From assembly GCA_947625705.1 (NCBI GenBank), contig CANQPG010000001.1:56963-120962 (forward strand): a DNA stretch of 64,000 nt, read 5' to 3'. The notes beneath the pieces are model-generated. The model searched no databases, had not been told where the DNA came from, and saw only the letters and a list, made by a program, of their open reading frames with translations. Shown here in pieces: positions 50,659 through 63,923 of this stretch. A program made the position numbers and the translations under genes. Numbering within the stretch: position 1 is the first letter of the stretch; every line of letters starts with the position of its first letter. This stretch comes from an uncultured Peptococcaceae bacterium (lineage in GTDB: Bacteria > Bacillota > Dehalobacteriia > UBA4068 > UBA4997).

Positions 50659-51140
50659 TATAATTCCTCCTCACGCCAGCCCTTGCAGACGTCCACCCAT
50701 TTGGCGGCAAGGGATAGCTGCTCCAATTCGGGAAGTGTCAGGCGCACGGCGCTGTTGGAGCTGCCCGCCGCCGGATAAACAATTTCAAAACGCTTCAAAG
50801 ACTCGTCCAGATAGACCGGCACGCCGGGGTTGACGGCAAACGGGCAGACGCCGCCCACCGCGTGGCCGATCAGCCGCTCCGCGTCCGCGGGGGGCAGCAT
50901 TTTCGCTTTCATGCCAAACTCGTCGCGGAAACGGCGGTTATCCACCTTGGCGTCGCCCGCCGCCACCACGAGGAGACACCCCTCGCCGTCCGCAAAGCCC
51001 AGCGTTTTGGCGATATGCGCCGGCTCGCAGCCCAGCGCCTGCGCCGCCAGCTCCACCGTAGCGGAGGAGACGTCAAACTCCAAAATGCGCTCGGCCATGC
51101 CTTTGGCCGCAAAATACGCCTTAACTTTTTCGATCGCCAT
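50658..51140 (-). CDS. YbaK/ProX-family aminoacyl-tRNA deacylase domain protein
   Basis: YbaK-like domain (~160 aa). The start is at MAIEKVK. Confidence 0.65.
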   Translation of the reverse strand: MAIEKVKAYFAAKGMAERILEFDVSSATVELAAQALGCEPAHIAKTLGFADGEGCLLVVAAGDAKVDNRRFRDEFGMKAKMLPPADAERLIGHAVGGVCPFAVNPGVPVYLDESLKRFEIVYPAAGSSNSAVRLTLPELEQLSLAAKWVDVCKGWREEEL

Positions 51141-51142
51141 GC

Positions 51143-51733
51143 TTACGCCTCCTTGCTCTCGGCCGCCTGCGCCAGCAGATCTTCCACATATTCGCTGTAC
51201 ATATTGCTTGCCCACATATCGTCCGACGTCAGCCCTTTCTCGCTCAGAAAATGCTGATAAAGCGCGTTCATGCCCAGCATATTCTGCCAGCGGGTAATGA
51301 AGAAATCGCAGAACTCGTCATGCGTAATGCCCATGCGCTCGCGTTCCTCCTGATACAGCGTCAGGGTATATAACGCGGCTTCATGCATCATCGGGTCATC
51401 ACTGGCCAATGCCTGCATGGTCGGCTTGATTATCTGCTCCTGATGGTATGCCTCGGCCTCGGCTTTGCTCGGCATCAGCCCCAAACGCTCGGCCTCGTCC
51501 AACTGCACCTGTTCCCATGCCAGGCTTTGCAAAATCTCCTCGTCGCTCACCGGATACGGCGCGCCGTTATCATTATACAAATTGCGCATAAGCGCAATAT
51601 CCGCGTTGGGTATCTGCACCCCGTTATAATCGGTATAACCTGACGCGTCCTCTGACGCCGCACAGCCGCCAAGTGAGAGCGCCAGCAGCGCCGCGCACAG
51701 CCAAATGCCCAATTTCTGCATGGATTTCTGCAT
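51143..51733 (-). CDS. lipoprotein, paralog A
   Basis: Signal peptide with lipobox LSLGGC. It shares QVQLDEAERLGLMPSKAEAE and HDEFCD blocks with the adjacent paralog. Confidence 0.6.
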   Translation of the reverse strand: MQKSMQKLGIWLCAALLALSLGGCAASEDASGYTDYNGVQIPNADIALMRNLYNDNGAPYPVSDEEILQSLAWEQVQLDEAERLGLMPSKAEAEAYHQEQIIKPTMQALASDDPMMHEAALYTLTLYQEERERMGITHDEFCDFFITRWQNMLGMNALYQHFLSEKGLTSDDMWASNMYSEYVEDLLAQAAESKEA

Positions 51734-51820
51734 AAGAAAACCCCCCATCACAAATATTATTTCCTAAGCTTATCACACTTTGCGGCATTTGGCAACAGAT
51801 TTCAGCAAATATCGCCGCTG

Positions 51821-52411
51821 TTAATTCTGGGCAGCGGCACTCGCCGCCTGCGTCAGCAGTCCGTCCACATATTCACCGTAGGGATCTTCCCACGGCTCGT
51901 CCGGACTGAAGCCGCGCTGGCTCAGTACTTCGGGCTGGCTCAACACATACTGCTCCAAAGCCCCCATGCCCATCATGCGCTGCCATTGGGTGATAAGATA
52001 ATCACAAAACTCGTCATGGCTTAAGCCCAGCGCCTTGCCCTGCTCTTGCAGCAGCATAAGAAAGAACAAAGCATCTTCATGCTGCAAAGGCTCGTCGCTT
52101 GCCAACAACTCCATGATCGGCTCTATATAATACACCATATAATTCTTTTCCGCCTCGGCCTTGCTCGGCATAAGCCCCAGACGCTCGGCCTCGTCCAGCT
52201 GCACCTGCTGCCGCGTCAGCGTTGCCAAAAGCTCATCGTCGGACGGCACATTCGTCTCATCAATAAAGATATACATATTGCGCATATTCACAATGTCCAC
52301 ATTGGGTATCTTAACCCCATTATACTCGGTATAGTCCGCGTCCACCGCCGCGCAGCCGCCAAGAGCCAGCGCCAGCAGCGCCGCACACAATATAAAAGCA
52401 ATTTTCTTCAT
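51821..52411 (-). CDS. lipoprotein, paralog B
   Basis: Lipobox LALGGC and a conserved upstream leader (TTATCACACTTT). It is collinear with paralog A. Confidence 0.6.
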   Translation of the reverse strand: MKKIAFILCAALLALALGGCAAVDADYTEYNGVKIPNVDIVNMRNMYIFIDETNVPSDDELLATLTRQQVQLDEAERLGLMPSKAEAEKNYMVYYIEPIMELLASDEPLQHEDALFFLMLLQEQGKALGLSHDEFCDYLITQWQRMMGMGALEQYVLSQPEVLSQRGFSPDEPWEDPYGEYVDGLLTQAASAAAQN

Positions 52412-52478
52412 ATCCATTCCTCCTATCACAAGTTGGCCTTATTTTATCACACTTTTCGCCCCGCGGCAAACGCTGCCG

Positions 52479-53366
52479 TCAATTTTGCGGGCTGATCTCC
52501 ACGCCGTCGTCCCAGTCCACGCGATAGCCCAGCTTTTCCGCCAGCAGGCGCACCGGCAGATAAACCCGCCCCTTGGCGACAAACGGCTTATGCCCGGAAA
52601 TCTCGACCTGCTCTGCCGCGCCGCCCTGCCGCTGCACCGTCATATAATCACCAGAGAGCGGCACGATAAGCTGCAAACCATCGGCGCTGATCTCCACCTG
52701 CTGCGCGCTGCTATTCCAGTTGACCTCTCCCCCCAGCTTTTCAAACAGCACCCGCATGGGCAGATAGCTGACGCCGGAAAGCGACCAGCCTTGCTCCGGC
52801 AGTTCCTCGCCCATCACCCGCACGGGTACCCGCGCCAGATAGGTAGTGTGCGGCGGCAGTTCTGCCCCGTCCAAATCATCATAGCCCAACCCTACAAGCG
52901 GCTTCACATCTACACGGTCGGGATAATGCCATGCCTCAAATCCCAGCAGTTTCGCCACCGGGCGCAGGGGCAGATAGGCACGGCCGTCCATGATGAAAGG
53001 CCGGCAGCTGCTGATATCCTCTCGCTTCATATCCGCATAGCTGTCATAACCCTCCGCAATATCCACCGCGTGGGTATCCCGCCGGGCAGCATAATCACCG
53101 GTTAGCGGCACAATTATCTCGTAGCGGTCGAGATAGCTGATCTCCGCCTGCCCGCCGTTTGAGGTTGACCAGACCGTACTCGCCCCCAGCTCGTCAAACC
53201 CGGTCATCGCCAGATACGCCGTGCCGCCTTTGATCAGTGCGCGCTCGCCCATCTCCTGCCCGTTAACGTAAACCGGCAGGGTAGACATAAGCACGTCGGC
53301 CAGCGCCGTCTGCGCCGGCAGCAGCAGCATGACCAGCAGCGCCATCATGCACGCTATTTTCTTCAT
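52479..53366 (-). CDS. secreted protein with three copper-amine-oxidase N-terminal-like repeats
   Basis: Signal peptide plus three repeats of GRxYLPxRxxAExLGxxVxW. The start at MKKIAC has an AGGGAG Shine-Dalgarno. Confidence 0.65.
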   Translation of the reverse strand: MKKIACMMALLVMLLLPAQTALADVLMSTLPVYVNGQEMGERALIKGGTAYLAMTGFDELGASTVWSTSNGGQAEISYLDRYEIIVPLTGDYAARRDTHAVDIAEGYDSYADMKREDISSCRPFIMDGRAYLPLRPVAKLLGFEAWHYPDRVDVKPLVGLGYDDLDGAELPPHTTYLARVPVRVMGEELPEQGWSLSGVSYLPMRVLFEKLGGEVNWNSSAQQVEISADGLQLIVPLSGDYMTVQRQGGAAEQVEISGHKPFVAKGRVYLPVRLLAEKLGYRVDWDDGVEISPQN

Positions 53367-53460
53367 CTCCACCACTCCCTGGCTGATATATGGGTTCGCC
53401 CTCTACCCTTTAATACCCTGCCAAGCGCCAAAATGCCACATCGCCGCCGCGTTTTTTGAC

Positions 53461-53496
53461 AAAAAAATAACCGCGCAAGGTTTCCCCTGCACGGTT
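53461..53496 (-). terminator. rho-independent terminator of the atp operon
   Basis: ACCGTGCAGG..CCTTGCGCGGT stem followed by TATTTTTTT on the minus strand. Confidence 0.55.
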
Positions 53497-53517
53497 ACGT
53501 TGATCGTTATATAAGCA

Positions 53518-53925
53518 TTAAGCCTTTTCGCTGGTTTTGATACGAGTGAGAGCGCGGCGCAATGCCATCTCTGCCCGCAGCACGTCCAACTCAGCGTCAC
53601 GCTTTTTCAGGCGCGCTTCGGCTCTCTGCTTGGCCGCCTCGGCGCGGGAAACGTCAATTTCCTCCGCCCTTTCAGCCGAATCTGCCAGAATGATCACCAC
53701 GTTATCCTTGACCTCGGCGAAACCGCCGTGGACGGCCAGATAATGGTCAACACCGTTTCTGGTATATTTGACCGTGCCGATCTCCAGCGTGGTCATCAGC
53801 GGAGCATGGTTCTTCAACACGCCCATCGAGCCCAAAGTTGCGGGCAGGTTCAGCGCCGCCACGTTCTCCGACATCAAAAGCCCGGCAGGCGTCACGATAT
53901 CCAGACGAATCAAATCTTCAGCCAT
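53518..53925 (-). CDS. atpC: ATP synthase F1 epsilon subunit
   Basis: 135 aa, classic epsilon subunit. Confidence 0.93.
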   Translation of the reverse strand: MAEDLIRLDIVTPAGLLMSENVAALNLPATLGSMGVLKNHAPLMTTLEIGTVKYTRNGVDHYLAVHGGFAEVKDNVVIILADSAERAEEIDVSRAEAAKQRAEARLKKRDAELDVLRAEMALRRALTRIKTSEKA

Positions 53926-53928
53926 AGC

Positions 53929-55365
<1,437 letters not shown>

Positions 55366-55374
55366 CTATGCCGC

Positions 55375-56256
55375 CTATTCCAAAGCAGCAGCGCCGCCAA
55401 CGATTTCGGTGATCTCCGTGGTGATCTGAGCCTGACGCGCGCGGTTCAATGCCAGCGTCAGCTTGTCGATCAAGTCGGAGGCGTTGTCGGTCGCCGAATC
55501 CATTGCCGTCATGCGGGCGCCATGCTCGCCGGCCTTGGACTCCAGAAGCAGACGGTAAATCGAGGAATCGACATATTTGGGCAAAATAACGTCCAAAAGC
55601 TCTTTGCCGCCCGGTTCAAAAATATAATCGGTTTCCGCGTGTGCGCCCTCTTCCACATCTTCCGCGCCCTCCGCCACCTGAATGGGCAGAACCTGCGCCA
55701 CCGAGGGGATCTGCGTCAGCACCGACTGGAATTTGGAGTACACCACGTGAACCTCGTCAACCTCGCCATCAAGGTATTTCTTGATAACGTAATCACTAAG
55801 CGCCTTACCTTGGCTGACGTTGGGGGTATCGCCGATGTTGGAGAAAACGTCCATCACCTCATACTGCGGGCGGATACGGAAATGCTCCCGTGCCTTGTTG
55901 CCGATCAGCAGCATCATGGCGCGCTCGCCCTCGGGCGTCGCTTTCATCTGCTCCTCGGCAAAGCGCAGCAGGTTGATGTTGTAGCCGCCGCAGAGACCGC
56001 GGTCACCGGCGATCACAATATAGAGAATGTTCTTGACCTCCTCGCGCGGGGTCAAAAACGGGGTGTCATATTCTTCGCCGCCGGAAAGCAGGTGATCCAT
56101 GACCTCCTGAATTTTATCCGAATAAGGGCGGATCGCCACCAGGGTGCTCTGCGTTTTGCGGAGCTTGGCCGCCGAAACCATTTTCATGGCGCCGGTGATC
56201 TTCTTGGTATTGGTTACGCTCTTAATGCGGCGTCTGATATCACGCATATTAGCCAA
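55375..56256 (-). CDS. atpG: ATP synthase F1 gamma subunit
   Basis: 293 aa gamma subunit. Confidence 0.95.
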   Translation of the reverse strand: MANMRDIRRRIKSVTNTKKITGAMKMVSAAKLRKTQSTLVAIRPYSDKIQEVMDHLLSGGEEYDTPFLTPREEVKNILYIVIAGDRGLCGGYNINLLRFAEEQMKATPEGERAMMLLIGNKAREHFRIRPQYEVMDVFSNIGDTPNVSQGKALSDYVIKKYLDGEVDEVHVVYSKFQSVLTQIPSVAQVLPIQVAEGAEDVEEGAHAETDYIFEPGGKELLDVILPKYVDSSIYRLLLESKAGEHGARMTAMDSATDNASDLIDKLTLALNRARQAQITTEITEIVGGAAALE

Positions 56257-56297
56257 AGCAATCTCACCACCTTTACGCTGTCATCAAACAGCTGCTC

Positions 56298-57824
<1,527 letters not shown>

Positions 57825-57858
57825 CTAAAAATTTATTGAAACGCCGCGCGCGTGGGGG

Positions 57859-58395
57859 TTATTCCACCGACAGCGTTTGCTTCAGCGCATTAAGCTGGTG
57901 CAGGATACTGGCGTCGTAAACGGTGTCGTCGATCTGCACCTTAAGCCCGCCGATCATGCTTTTATCGATCGACGTTTTCAGGCGGACTTGGCCGCCCAGC
58001 TTCTGCTCAAGGCTTTTTTGCAGGCGCTCGGCCTCAGGCTGCTCCAGAGGAACTGCCGTATGCACCAGTATCTGGCGGATACCGGCCGCCGCGTCGCATA
58101 AGTCATCATAGCCGGCCACGATCTGCGGGATCGAAGTCTCGCGGTTCTTGTCCAGCGCGATGAAGATAAAACTCTTTACGTCATCGGCGAAATCGCCGAA
58201 AATCTGTTCAACCACCTGTTTTTTGGCCGAGGCGGGAACCAATTTGCCGCAAAACAAGCCGTTAAACTCAGCGTTATGCTCCAGCTCATTCACAAAGCGA
58301 TGCAGCTGGTCGCCGAATTCCTGGACTTGCTGCTTTTCCAGCGCCAGCTCATAAAGCGCTTTGGCATAGCGCTGCGTTAAACCGCCCTTAATCAT
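57859..58395 (-). CDS. atpH: ATP synthase F1 delta subunit
   Basis: OSCP/delta family. The start is at MIKGG. Confidence 0.88.
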   Translation of the reverse strand: MIKGGLTQRYAKALYELALEKQQVQEFGDQLHRFVNELEHNAEFNGLFCGKLVPASAKKQVVEQIFGDFADDVKSFIFIALDKNRETSIPQIVAGYDDLCDAAAGIRQILVHTAVPLEQPEAERLQKSLEQKLGGQVRLKTSIDKSMIGGLKVQIDDTVYDASILHQLNALKQTLSVE

Positions 58396-58876
58396 TTTGC
58401 GCCGCCACCTCTGCAATATATTTATCCACCAGCGCCATATGCTGCTGGTCGGACATATTTTCGGAAAGCAGACGTCCGGCCACGCCGACTACCATTTCCG
58501 CCACCTCGCCCTTGATGCTGGCGATAGCTTCGGCCTTTTCCTTGGCGATCTCCGACTGCGCCCGCGCCAGCATACTGTCGGCGGACTCTCTGGCCTGCGC
58601 CAGGATATCCTCCTTAACAGCCTCGGCGCTCTGCTGCGCCTCGTCGATGATGGCCTTGGCCTCGCGCCGTGCGTCGGCGATCTCCTCGGCCAGCTTGGCG
58701 CTCATCTGCTCGGCTTCTTTACGGGCGGCGTCGGCCTTTTCCAGACTTTCGTCGATGGTGGCCTGACGGCTGTCGATCATACCAATGACCGGCTTCCAAC
58801 CGAATTTATATAATACAGCCATGAGAATTACGAAATTGATCATGGCGAAGCCAAATTCAAATACGTTAAATTCCAT
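58388..58876 (-). CDS. atpF: ATP synthase Fo b subunit
   Basis: N-terminal TM followed by a long charged helix. Confidence 0.9.
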   Translation of the reverse strand: MEFNVFEFGFAMINFVILMAVLYKFGWKPVIGMIDSRQATIDESLEKADAARKEAEQMSAKLAEEIADARREAKAIIDEAQQSAEAVKEDILAQARESADSMLARAQSEIAKEKAEAIASIKGEVAEMVVGVAGRLLSENMSDQQHMALVDKYIAEVAAQND

Positions 58877-58966
58877 CTGGGGAACATCCTCCTCTCGTAA
58901 TCAGACCCCTGCCCGAAGGGCGCGCAAGCACGCCCTCCGCAAGATTTGGGGTCATAACGGCCGTCA

Positions 58967-59200
58967 TCAGATTTTGCCGATGATCATAAATGCAATCAGC
59001 AAACCGTAGATGGTCAATGCTTCCAACAAAGCCATTGCCAGAATCATAGCCGTACGAATGTCACCCGCAGCCTCAGGCTGACGAGCGATGCTCTCCATAG
59101 CCGCGGCGCCAACTTTGCCCTGGCTCAACGCCGGGAAAATGCTGGCAACACCGATGGCCAACGCAGCAGCCAATGCAATAATTGCTTCTGCCATTGTCAT
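58967..59200 (-). CDS. atpE: ATP synthase Fo c subunit
   Basis: Helical hairpin with a conserved carboxylate (..[10 protein letters not shown]..). Confidence 0.9.
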   Translation of the reverse strand: MTMAEAIIALAAALAIGVASIFPALSQGKVGAAAMESIARQPEAAGDIRTAMILAMALLEALTIYGLLIAFMIIGKI

Positions 59201-59298
59201 ACCGAAAAACCCCCTTTCCAAACCCGGCCGCAAAAACCGCCGAATTTAAGACTATATTAAAATAAGTAAAACGAGAAAACTTTGTTTGAACGGCGGCC

Positions 59299-59973
59299 TT
59301 ATTCCTCCGAGACCGTGGCCTCTTCGATGTAAATCGCCGAGAGCATGGTGAACACCAGCGCCTGAATGAAGCCGAACAAAAGGCTTAAGCCCATAATGAT
59401 GATGGGCGCCAAAAGCGGGATCAGCTCGCTGATTTTCTCCAGCACCGTTTCTTCGCCGTAGATGTTGCCGTATAGACGCAAAGAAAGCGACAACGGGTGA
59501 ATAACCTCTTCCAGCAGCAGCAGCGGCAGCATGAAGAACACAGGCTTCACAAAATGCCCGGGATAATGAATGCCGTTATATTTGAAACCGCCGAACTGCA
59601 CAGTGAAGAACGTGATCATCGCCAAGCCCACCGTCGTGCCGAGATGACCCGTCGGAGGCTGAAAGCCCGGAATTTTGCCTGCGCCCGGCAAAAGGCCGCT
59701 GTAATTTGACAGCAAAATGAAGATAAACAGCGTGCCCAGCACCGGCATAAAGGCCGTGGCTCTTTCCTTGCCCAAAATCTGGGCGTAGAAATCTCTTAAT
59801 CCCCCGGCGATATATTCCAGAATTCTCTGGCCGCGCCCGGGATTTTTCACCTTCAGGTTGCGCGTGCCCAAAATCGCAATCGCGCTGACAATCACGGTGA
59901 TGGCAAGCGAGGTGGTCATTACGCTGGTCACTTGAATCGGGCCGATTTCAAACAAAGCACCGCCATGCGACAT
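59299..59973 (-). CDS. atpB: ATP synthase Fo a subunit
   Basis: Conserved Arg helix (LSLRLYGNIYGEE). Confidence 0.93.
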   Translation of the reverse strand: MSHGGALFEIGPIQVTSVMTTSLAITVIVSAIAILGTRNLKVKNPGRGQRILEYIAGGLRDFYAQILGKERATAFMPVLGTLFIFILLSNYSGLLPGAGKIPGFQPPTGHLGTTVGLAMITFFTVQFGGFKYNGIHYPGHFVKPVFFMLPLLLLEEVIHPLSLSLRLYGNIYGEETVLEKISELIPLLAPIIIMGLSLLFGFIQALVFTMLSAIYIEEATVSEE

Positions 59974-60068
59974 AAACCTGCCTCCTTTCCTTGCAAACTT
60001 TTATAAATGCAAAAGCCAAAACTTTACATTCACCAATGTTAAACCAAACCTTAAAAGAGCAAATTTTT

Positions 60069-60416
60069 TCAGCGCTTTTTGCCCGCCGCAAACCGGGCAA
60101 TTAGAAGCTGCGACGTCAGCGCCAGCACGATACCGGCGGCGAGCAGAATGACCTCCCAGCGGTATGGCAGCCACCCCCGGCACAAAAACAGCACCAGCAG
60201 CAGCACCACATTCAGCACGTATTTGCCGATAAAGAAGCGCATGATGTAGTTGTTCTGACGCTTGTTGACGTCTTTAACGTCGGCGCCCTCGGCCAGCTCC
60301 CGCTCGGCGCGCTTGTCCGCCCGCCCAAGGCCGATGAAGAACACCATGACCTCCAGCGCCGCCCAAACAGCGCCCGCTGCGCCGCCCAGTATTATCGAAA
60401 ACAGGATTTCCTGCAT
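60069..60416 (-). CDS. atpI: ATP synthase protein I-like membrane protein
   Basis: A small four-helix membrane protein immediately upstream of atpB. Confidence 0.6.
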   Translation of the reverse strand: MQEILFSIILGGAAGAVWAALEVMVFFIGLGRADKRAERELAEGADVKDVNKRQNNYIMRFFIGKYVLNVVLLLVLFLCRGWLPYRWEVILLAAGIVLALTSQLLIARFAAGKKR

Positions 60417-60564
60417 ATTTGATCCCCATTATCAACCGAGATGAAAGACAGCCTAAAGGGCGGGTTATGCTGCCAAATATTGCAAACAAACCCACCTTGC
60501 TTTTTATATTATACAGAAACCGCGGATAAAACGCAAGAGTTAATTGCCAGTTTGGGCAAGTTTT

Positions 60565-60933
60565 TTATCGCTTATCGGCCGTCTGCTCCTCCTGCTCCCT
60601 TTGCATGGCCTCGGCGATCAGGCGTTTTTGCCGCTTGTCCTGGCGCATAACGTCCTGATAAAGCATATAAAATGAATAGCCGATGACCAGCAAAATGATC
60701 AGCAGCGCGCCGTAGCCCGTATCGCCGAGGAAACGCCGGTCGATCCAGCCGCCCAGCCAGAAGCCCAATATCCCCACGCGCACGGCAAAGCTGGCGCCAA
60801 AGCCCAGCAGCACCTGCCACGAGGAGCGCCGCGCCGCCGCCAGTGTGATTTTCGCCTTATCGGAAAGCGGCCCCGGCGTAGCCGGGGCTGTTTCTGCCAT
60901 ATTATTATGTTCTTCCCGCTTCGGTTCAGGCAT
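60565..60933 (-). CDS. atpZ: AtpZ-family (ATPase_gene1) small membrane protein
   Basis: GGWIDRRFLGDTGYG matches the GxWLD..G motif of this family. It is the first gene of the atp operon. Confidence 0.6.
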   Translation of the reverse strand: MPEPKREEHNNMAETAPATPGPLSDKAKITLAAARRSSWQVLLGFGASFAVRVGILGFWLGGWIDRRFLGDTGYGALLIILLVIGYSFYMLYQDVMRQDKRQKRLIAEAMQREQEEQTADKR

Positions 60934-60949
60934 TAAAACGCCACCTGCC

Positions 60950-62068
60950 TTAAAGCACCCGCGCCAGAATGTCGCAGATACGCTCCACCGCGTGGCCGTC
61001 GCCGTAGGGGTTGGCGGCGTGCGCCATCGCGTGGTATGCCGCCTCGTCGGTCAGCAGTTCCTTGATACCATGGTATACGGACTCGCCCGCGTTGCCGATC
61101 AGCTTGGCCGTACCCGCCGCGATCGCTTCGGGGCGTTCCGTCACCTCGCGCAGCACCAAAACCGGTTTGCCCAGCGCCGGGGCTTCCTCCTGCATGCCGC
61201 CGGAATCCGTCACCACCAGATAGGCAAGGCTCATCAGCTTGCTGAACGGGCGGTATTCCAACGGCTCGATCAAATGCACGTTGGGAACATTCGCCAAAAA
61301 CTCCGCCGCCACCTCGCGCACCAGCGGATTTTTATGCACCGGGCAGATAATTTCCAGATCGCCGGCAAACTCGTCGGCCAGCCGCCGCACCGCGCCGAAG
61401 ATCCGGCGCATCGGTTCGCCCCAGTTCTCGCGGCGGTGGCAGGTCAAAAGCAGTATCCGCTTCGTCCAGTCCACCCCGCCGCCGACGTAGCCGGTCAGAT
61501 CGCAGCCCGCCGCCACCGTTTGCAGCAGCGCGTCGATCACCGTGTTGCCGGTGACGTAAATGTTCGCGTCCGAGACGCCCGCGTTCAGCAGGTTCTGCCG
61601 CGCGGTCTCCGTCGGGGCAAAATGGTAATCGGCCAGCACGCCGGTCAGGCGGCGATTGATCTCCTCCGGATAGGGGGCGTATTTATCGCCGGTTCTTAAG
61701 CCTGCCTCCACGTGCCCCACCGGCGTCTGCTCATAGAACGCCGCCAGCGCGCCCGCAAAGGTGGTGGTGGTGTCGCCGTGCACCAGCACCACGTCCGGCT
61801 TTTCCGCCGCGATAATGGCCTGAAGCCCAGAGAGCGCCCGCCCGGTGATATCGGCCAGCGTCTGGCCGTGGCGCATCATGTTCAAATCATAATCCGCGCT
61901 GATCCCGAAGCACTCCATCACCTGATCCAGCATCTCGCGGTGCTGGGCGGTGACGGCCACCTTGGCGCAGAAACGCGCGTCCGCCTGCAATGCCTTCACC
62001 AGCGGCGCCATTTTGATCGCCTCCGGCCGCGTGCCGAAAACCAGCAGAATTTTCTTCTTGTCTTGCAT
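60950..62068 (-). CDS. wecB: UDP-N-acetylglucosamine 2-epimerase (non-hydrolysing)
   Basis: N-terminal KILLVFGTRPEAIKMAP. The ATG at 62068 has a GAGGT Shine-Dalgarno. Conserved synteny upstream of the atp operon. Confidence 0.9.
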   Translation of the reverse strand: MQDKKKILLVFGTRPEAIKMAPLVKALQADARFCAKVAVTAQHREMLDQVMECFGISADYDLNMMRHGQTLADITGRALSGLQAIIAAEKPDVVLVHGDTTTTFAGALAAFYEQTPVGHVEAGLRTGDKYAPYPEEINRRLTGVLADYHFAPTETARQNLLNAGVSDANIYVTGNTVIDALLQTVAAGCDLTGYVGGGVDWTKRILLLTCHRRENWGEPMRRIFGAVRRLADEFAGDLEIICPVHKNPLVREVAAEFLANVPNVHLIEPLEYRPFSKLMSLAYLVVTDSGGMQEEAPALGKPVLVLREVTERPEAIAAGTAKLIGNAGESVYHGIKELLTDEAAYHAMAHAANPYGDGHAVERICDILARVL

Positions 62069-62082
62069 ATCGTACCTCAAAC

Positions 62083-62565
62083 TTACTCTTTGGGGGCAGC
62101 GTCCGCCAGCTCGCGCAGCTTGGCCATGCTGATGAGTTCCATGCCCGCCTGCGCCGCCAGCTCGCAGGCCAGCTCGTCGGGATAAGGGCCGTCGAACACC
62201 ACGCGACGGATACCGCTGGTGACCATCGCCTTGACGCAGGTGGTGCAGGGCTGGTTGGTCACGTAGATGGTCGCACCGTCCAGGCAGATACCGTGTTTGG
62301 CTGCGGAATTGCAGATGTTGGCCTCGGCGTGCTGCGCCCGGCAGATCTCCTGCCGCTGGCCGCTGGGCACACCAAGCTGCTCACGCAGGCACCCGCCCAG
62401 CTCGTCGCAATGCGGCGCGCCGGGCAGCGCCCCGTTATAGCCCGTGCCTAAAATTCGGTGGTCGGGGCTGACGGCCACCGCGCCGACGCTGCGGCGCAGG
62501 CATGTTGTCCGCGTCGCCACCTGATAGGCCAGCCGCATAAAATATTCGTCCCAAGATTCGCGCAT
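62083..62565 (-). CDS. deoxycytidylate (dCMP) deaminase
   Basis: HAE..PCTTC zinc motifs. 160 aa. Confidence 0.85.
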   Translation of the reverse strand: MRESWDEYFMRLAYQVATRTTCLRRSVGAVAVSPDHRILGTGYNGALPGAPHCDELGGCLREQLGVPSGQRQEICRAQHAEANICNSAAKHGICLDGATIYVTNQPCTTCVKAMVTSGIRRVVFDGPYPDELACELAAQAGMELISMAKLRELADAAPKE

Positions 62566-62597
62566 TTTTTACGCCCCCAAAAAACTAACTAATCAAA

Positions 62598-63851
62598 TCA
62601 ACCCAATTCCGGGTAGAGCGGATAAGCGGCGCAAAGCTCCTTCACGATGTCCGCCGCCTGCTGCAATTTGGCCTCGTCCTCGCCGTAGGAAAGCGCCAGG
62701 TCGATCGCCTTGGCCACCTGACGCATAGCGTCGGTGTTGAAGCCGCGGGTGGTCATGGCCGGGCTGCCCAGGCGGATACCGCTGGTGACAAACGGGCTTT
62801 CCTGATCGAACGGCACCGCGTTCTTGTTGCAGGTGATACCGATGGAATCCAGCCGCGCCTCGGCGTATTTGCCGGTAATGCCCTTATTGGTCAGGTTGAC
62901 CAAGATCAGGTGGTTATCCGTGCCGCCGGAAACGAGATGGAAGCCCGCCGCAAGCAAGCCCTCGGCCAGCGCCTGCGCGTTGGCGATGATGTTTTTGCCG
63001 TATTCCTTAAAGCTGGGCTGCAATGCCTCGCCCAGCGCCTGTGCCTTGCCCGCGATAACGTGCATCAAAGGGCCGCCCTGGCAGCCGGGGAAGATGGCCT
63101 TATCAATTTTAGCGCCCAGTTCCTCGCCGCAGAGGATCATGCCGCCGCGGGGGCCGCGCAGAGTTTTGTGCGTCGTCGTCGTCACCACGTCCGCATAAGG
63201 AACGGGGTTCTGGTGCCAGCCGCCGGCCACCAGACCCGCGATGTGCGCCATATCCACCATAAACAGCGCGCCCACTTCCTTGGCAATATCCGAGAGCGCC
63301 GCAAAATCAATGGCACGAGGATAGGCGGAAGCGCCCGCCACCAGCAGCTTCGGCTTTTCGGCCTTAGCGATCTCACGCACATGGTCATAGTCGATGACCT
63401 CGGTCTCCGGCTCCACGCCGTAAGCCACAAAGTTGTAATACTTGCCGGACATATTGACCGGGCTGCCATGCGTCAGATGGCCGCCGTGCGCCAGGCTCAT
63501 GCCCAGCACCTTGTCGCCGGGCTGCAGCAGGGCAAAATACGTGCCCAGGTTGGCCTGCGCACCGGAATGGGGCTGCACGTTGGCGTGCGCCGCGCCGAAC
63601 AGCTTTTTGGCACGCTCCCGCGCGAGGTTTTCCACCACATCGACAAATTCACAGCCGCCGTAATAACGCTTGCCGGGATAGCCCTCGGCATATTTATTGG
63701 TAAGCACGCTGCCCTGCGCTTCCATAACGGCCAGTGAAGTGAAATTCTCCGAGGCAATCAATTCGATCTTGTTGCGCTGACGGGAAAGCTCGTCACCGAT
63801 GGCCGCAGCCAGTTCAGGGTCAGTTTTGCTGACAAATTCCAGTTTGTTCAT
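62598..63851 (-). CDS. glyA: serine hydroxymethyltransferase
   Basis: Full-length SHMT. The start at MNKLEF has an AAAGGAG Shine-Dalgarno. The track ORF is extended upstream. Confidence 0.95.
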   Translation of the reverse strand: MNKLEFVSKTDPELAAAIGDELSRQRNKIELIASENFTSLAVMEAQGSVLTNKYAEGYPGKRYYGGCEFVDVVENLARERAKKLFGAAHANVQPHSGAQANLGTYFALLQPGDKVLGMSLAHGGHLTHGSPVNMSGKYYNFVAYGVEPETEVIDYDHVREIAKAEKPKLLVAGASAYPRAIDFAALSDIAKEVGALFMVDMAHIAGLVAGGWHQNPVPYADVVTTTTHKTLRGPRGGMILCGEELGAKIDKAIFPGCQGGPLMHVIAGKAQALGEALQPSFKEYGKNIIANAQALAEGLLAAGFHLVSGGTDNHLILVNLTNKGITGKYAEARLDSIGITCNKNAVPFDQESPFVTSGIRLGSPAMTTRGFNTDAMRQVAKAIDLALSYGEDEAKLQQAADIVKELCAAYPLYPELG

Positions 63852-63894
63852 TTTGGTTTGCTCCTTTTCATTAAATTTTGTCGGACTAAAAGGA

Positions 63895-63923
63895 TTGACA
63901 ATCACGCCGCGATGGCGTAAAAT
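63895..63923 (+). promoter_or_regulatory. consensus sigma-A promoter TTGACA-17-TAAAAT firing toward the window end, divergent from glyA
   Basis: Hexamers at 63895-63900 and 63918-63923 on the plus strand. The downstream 70 nt are GC-rich with pairing potential. Confidence 0.5.
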
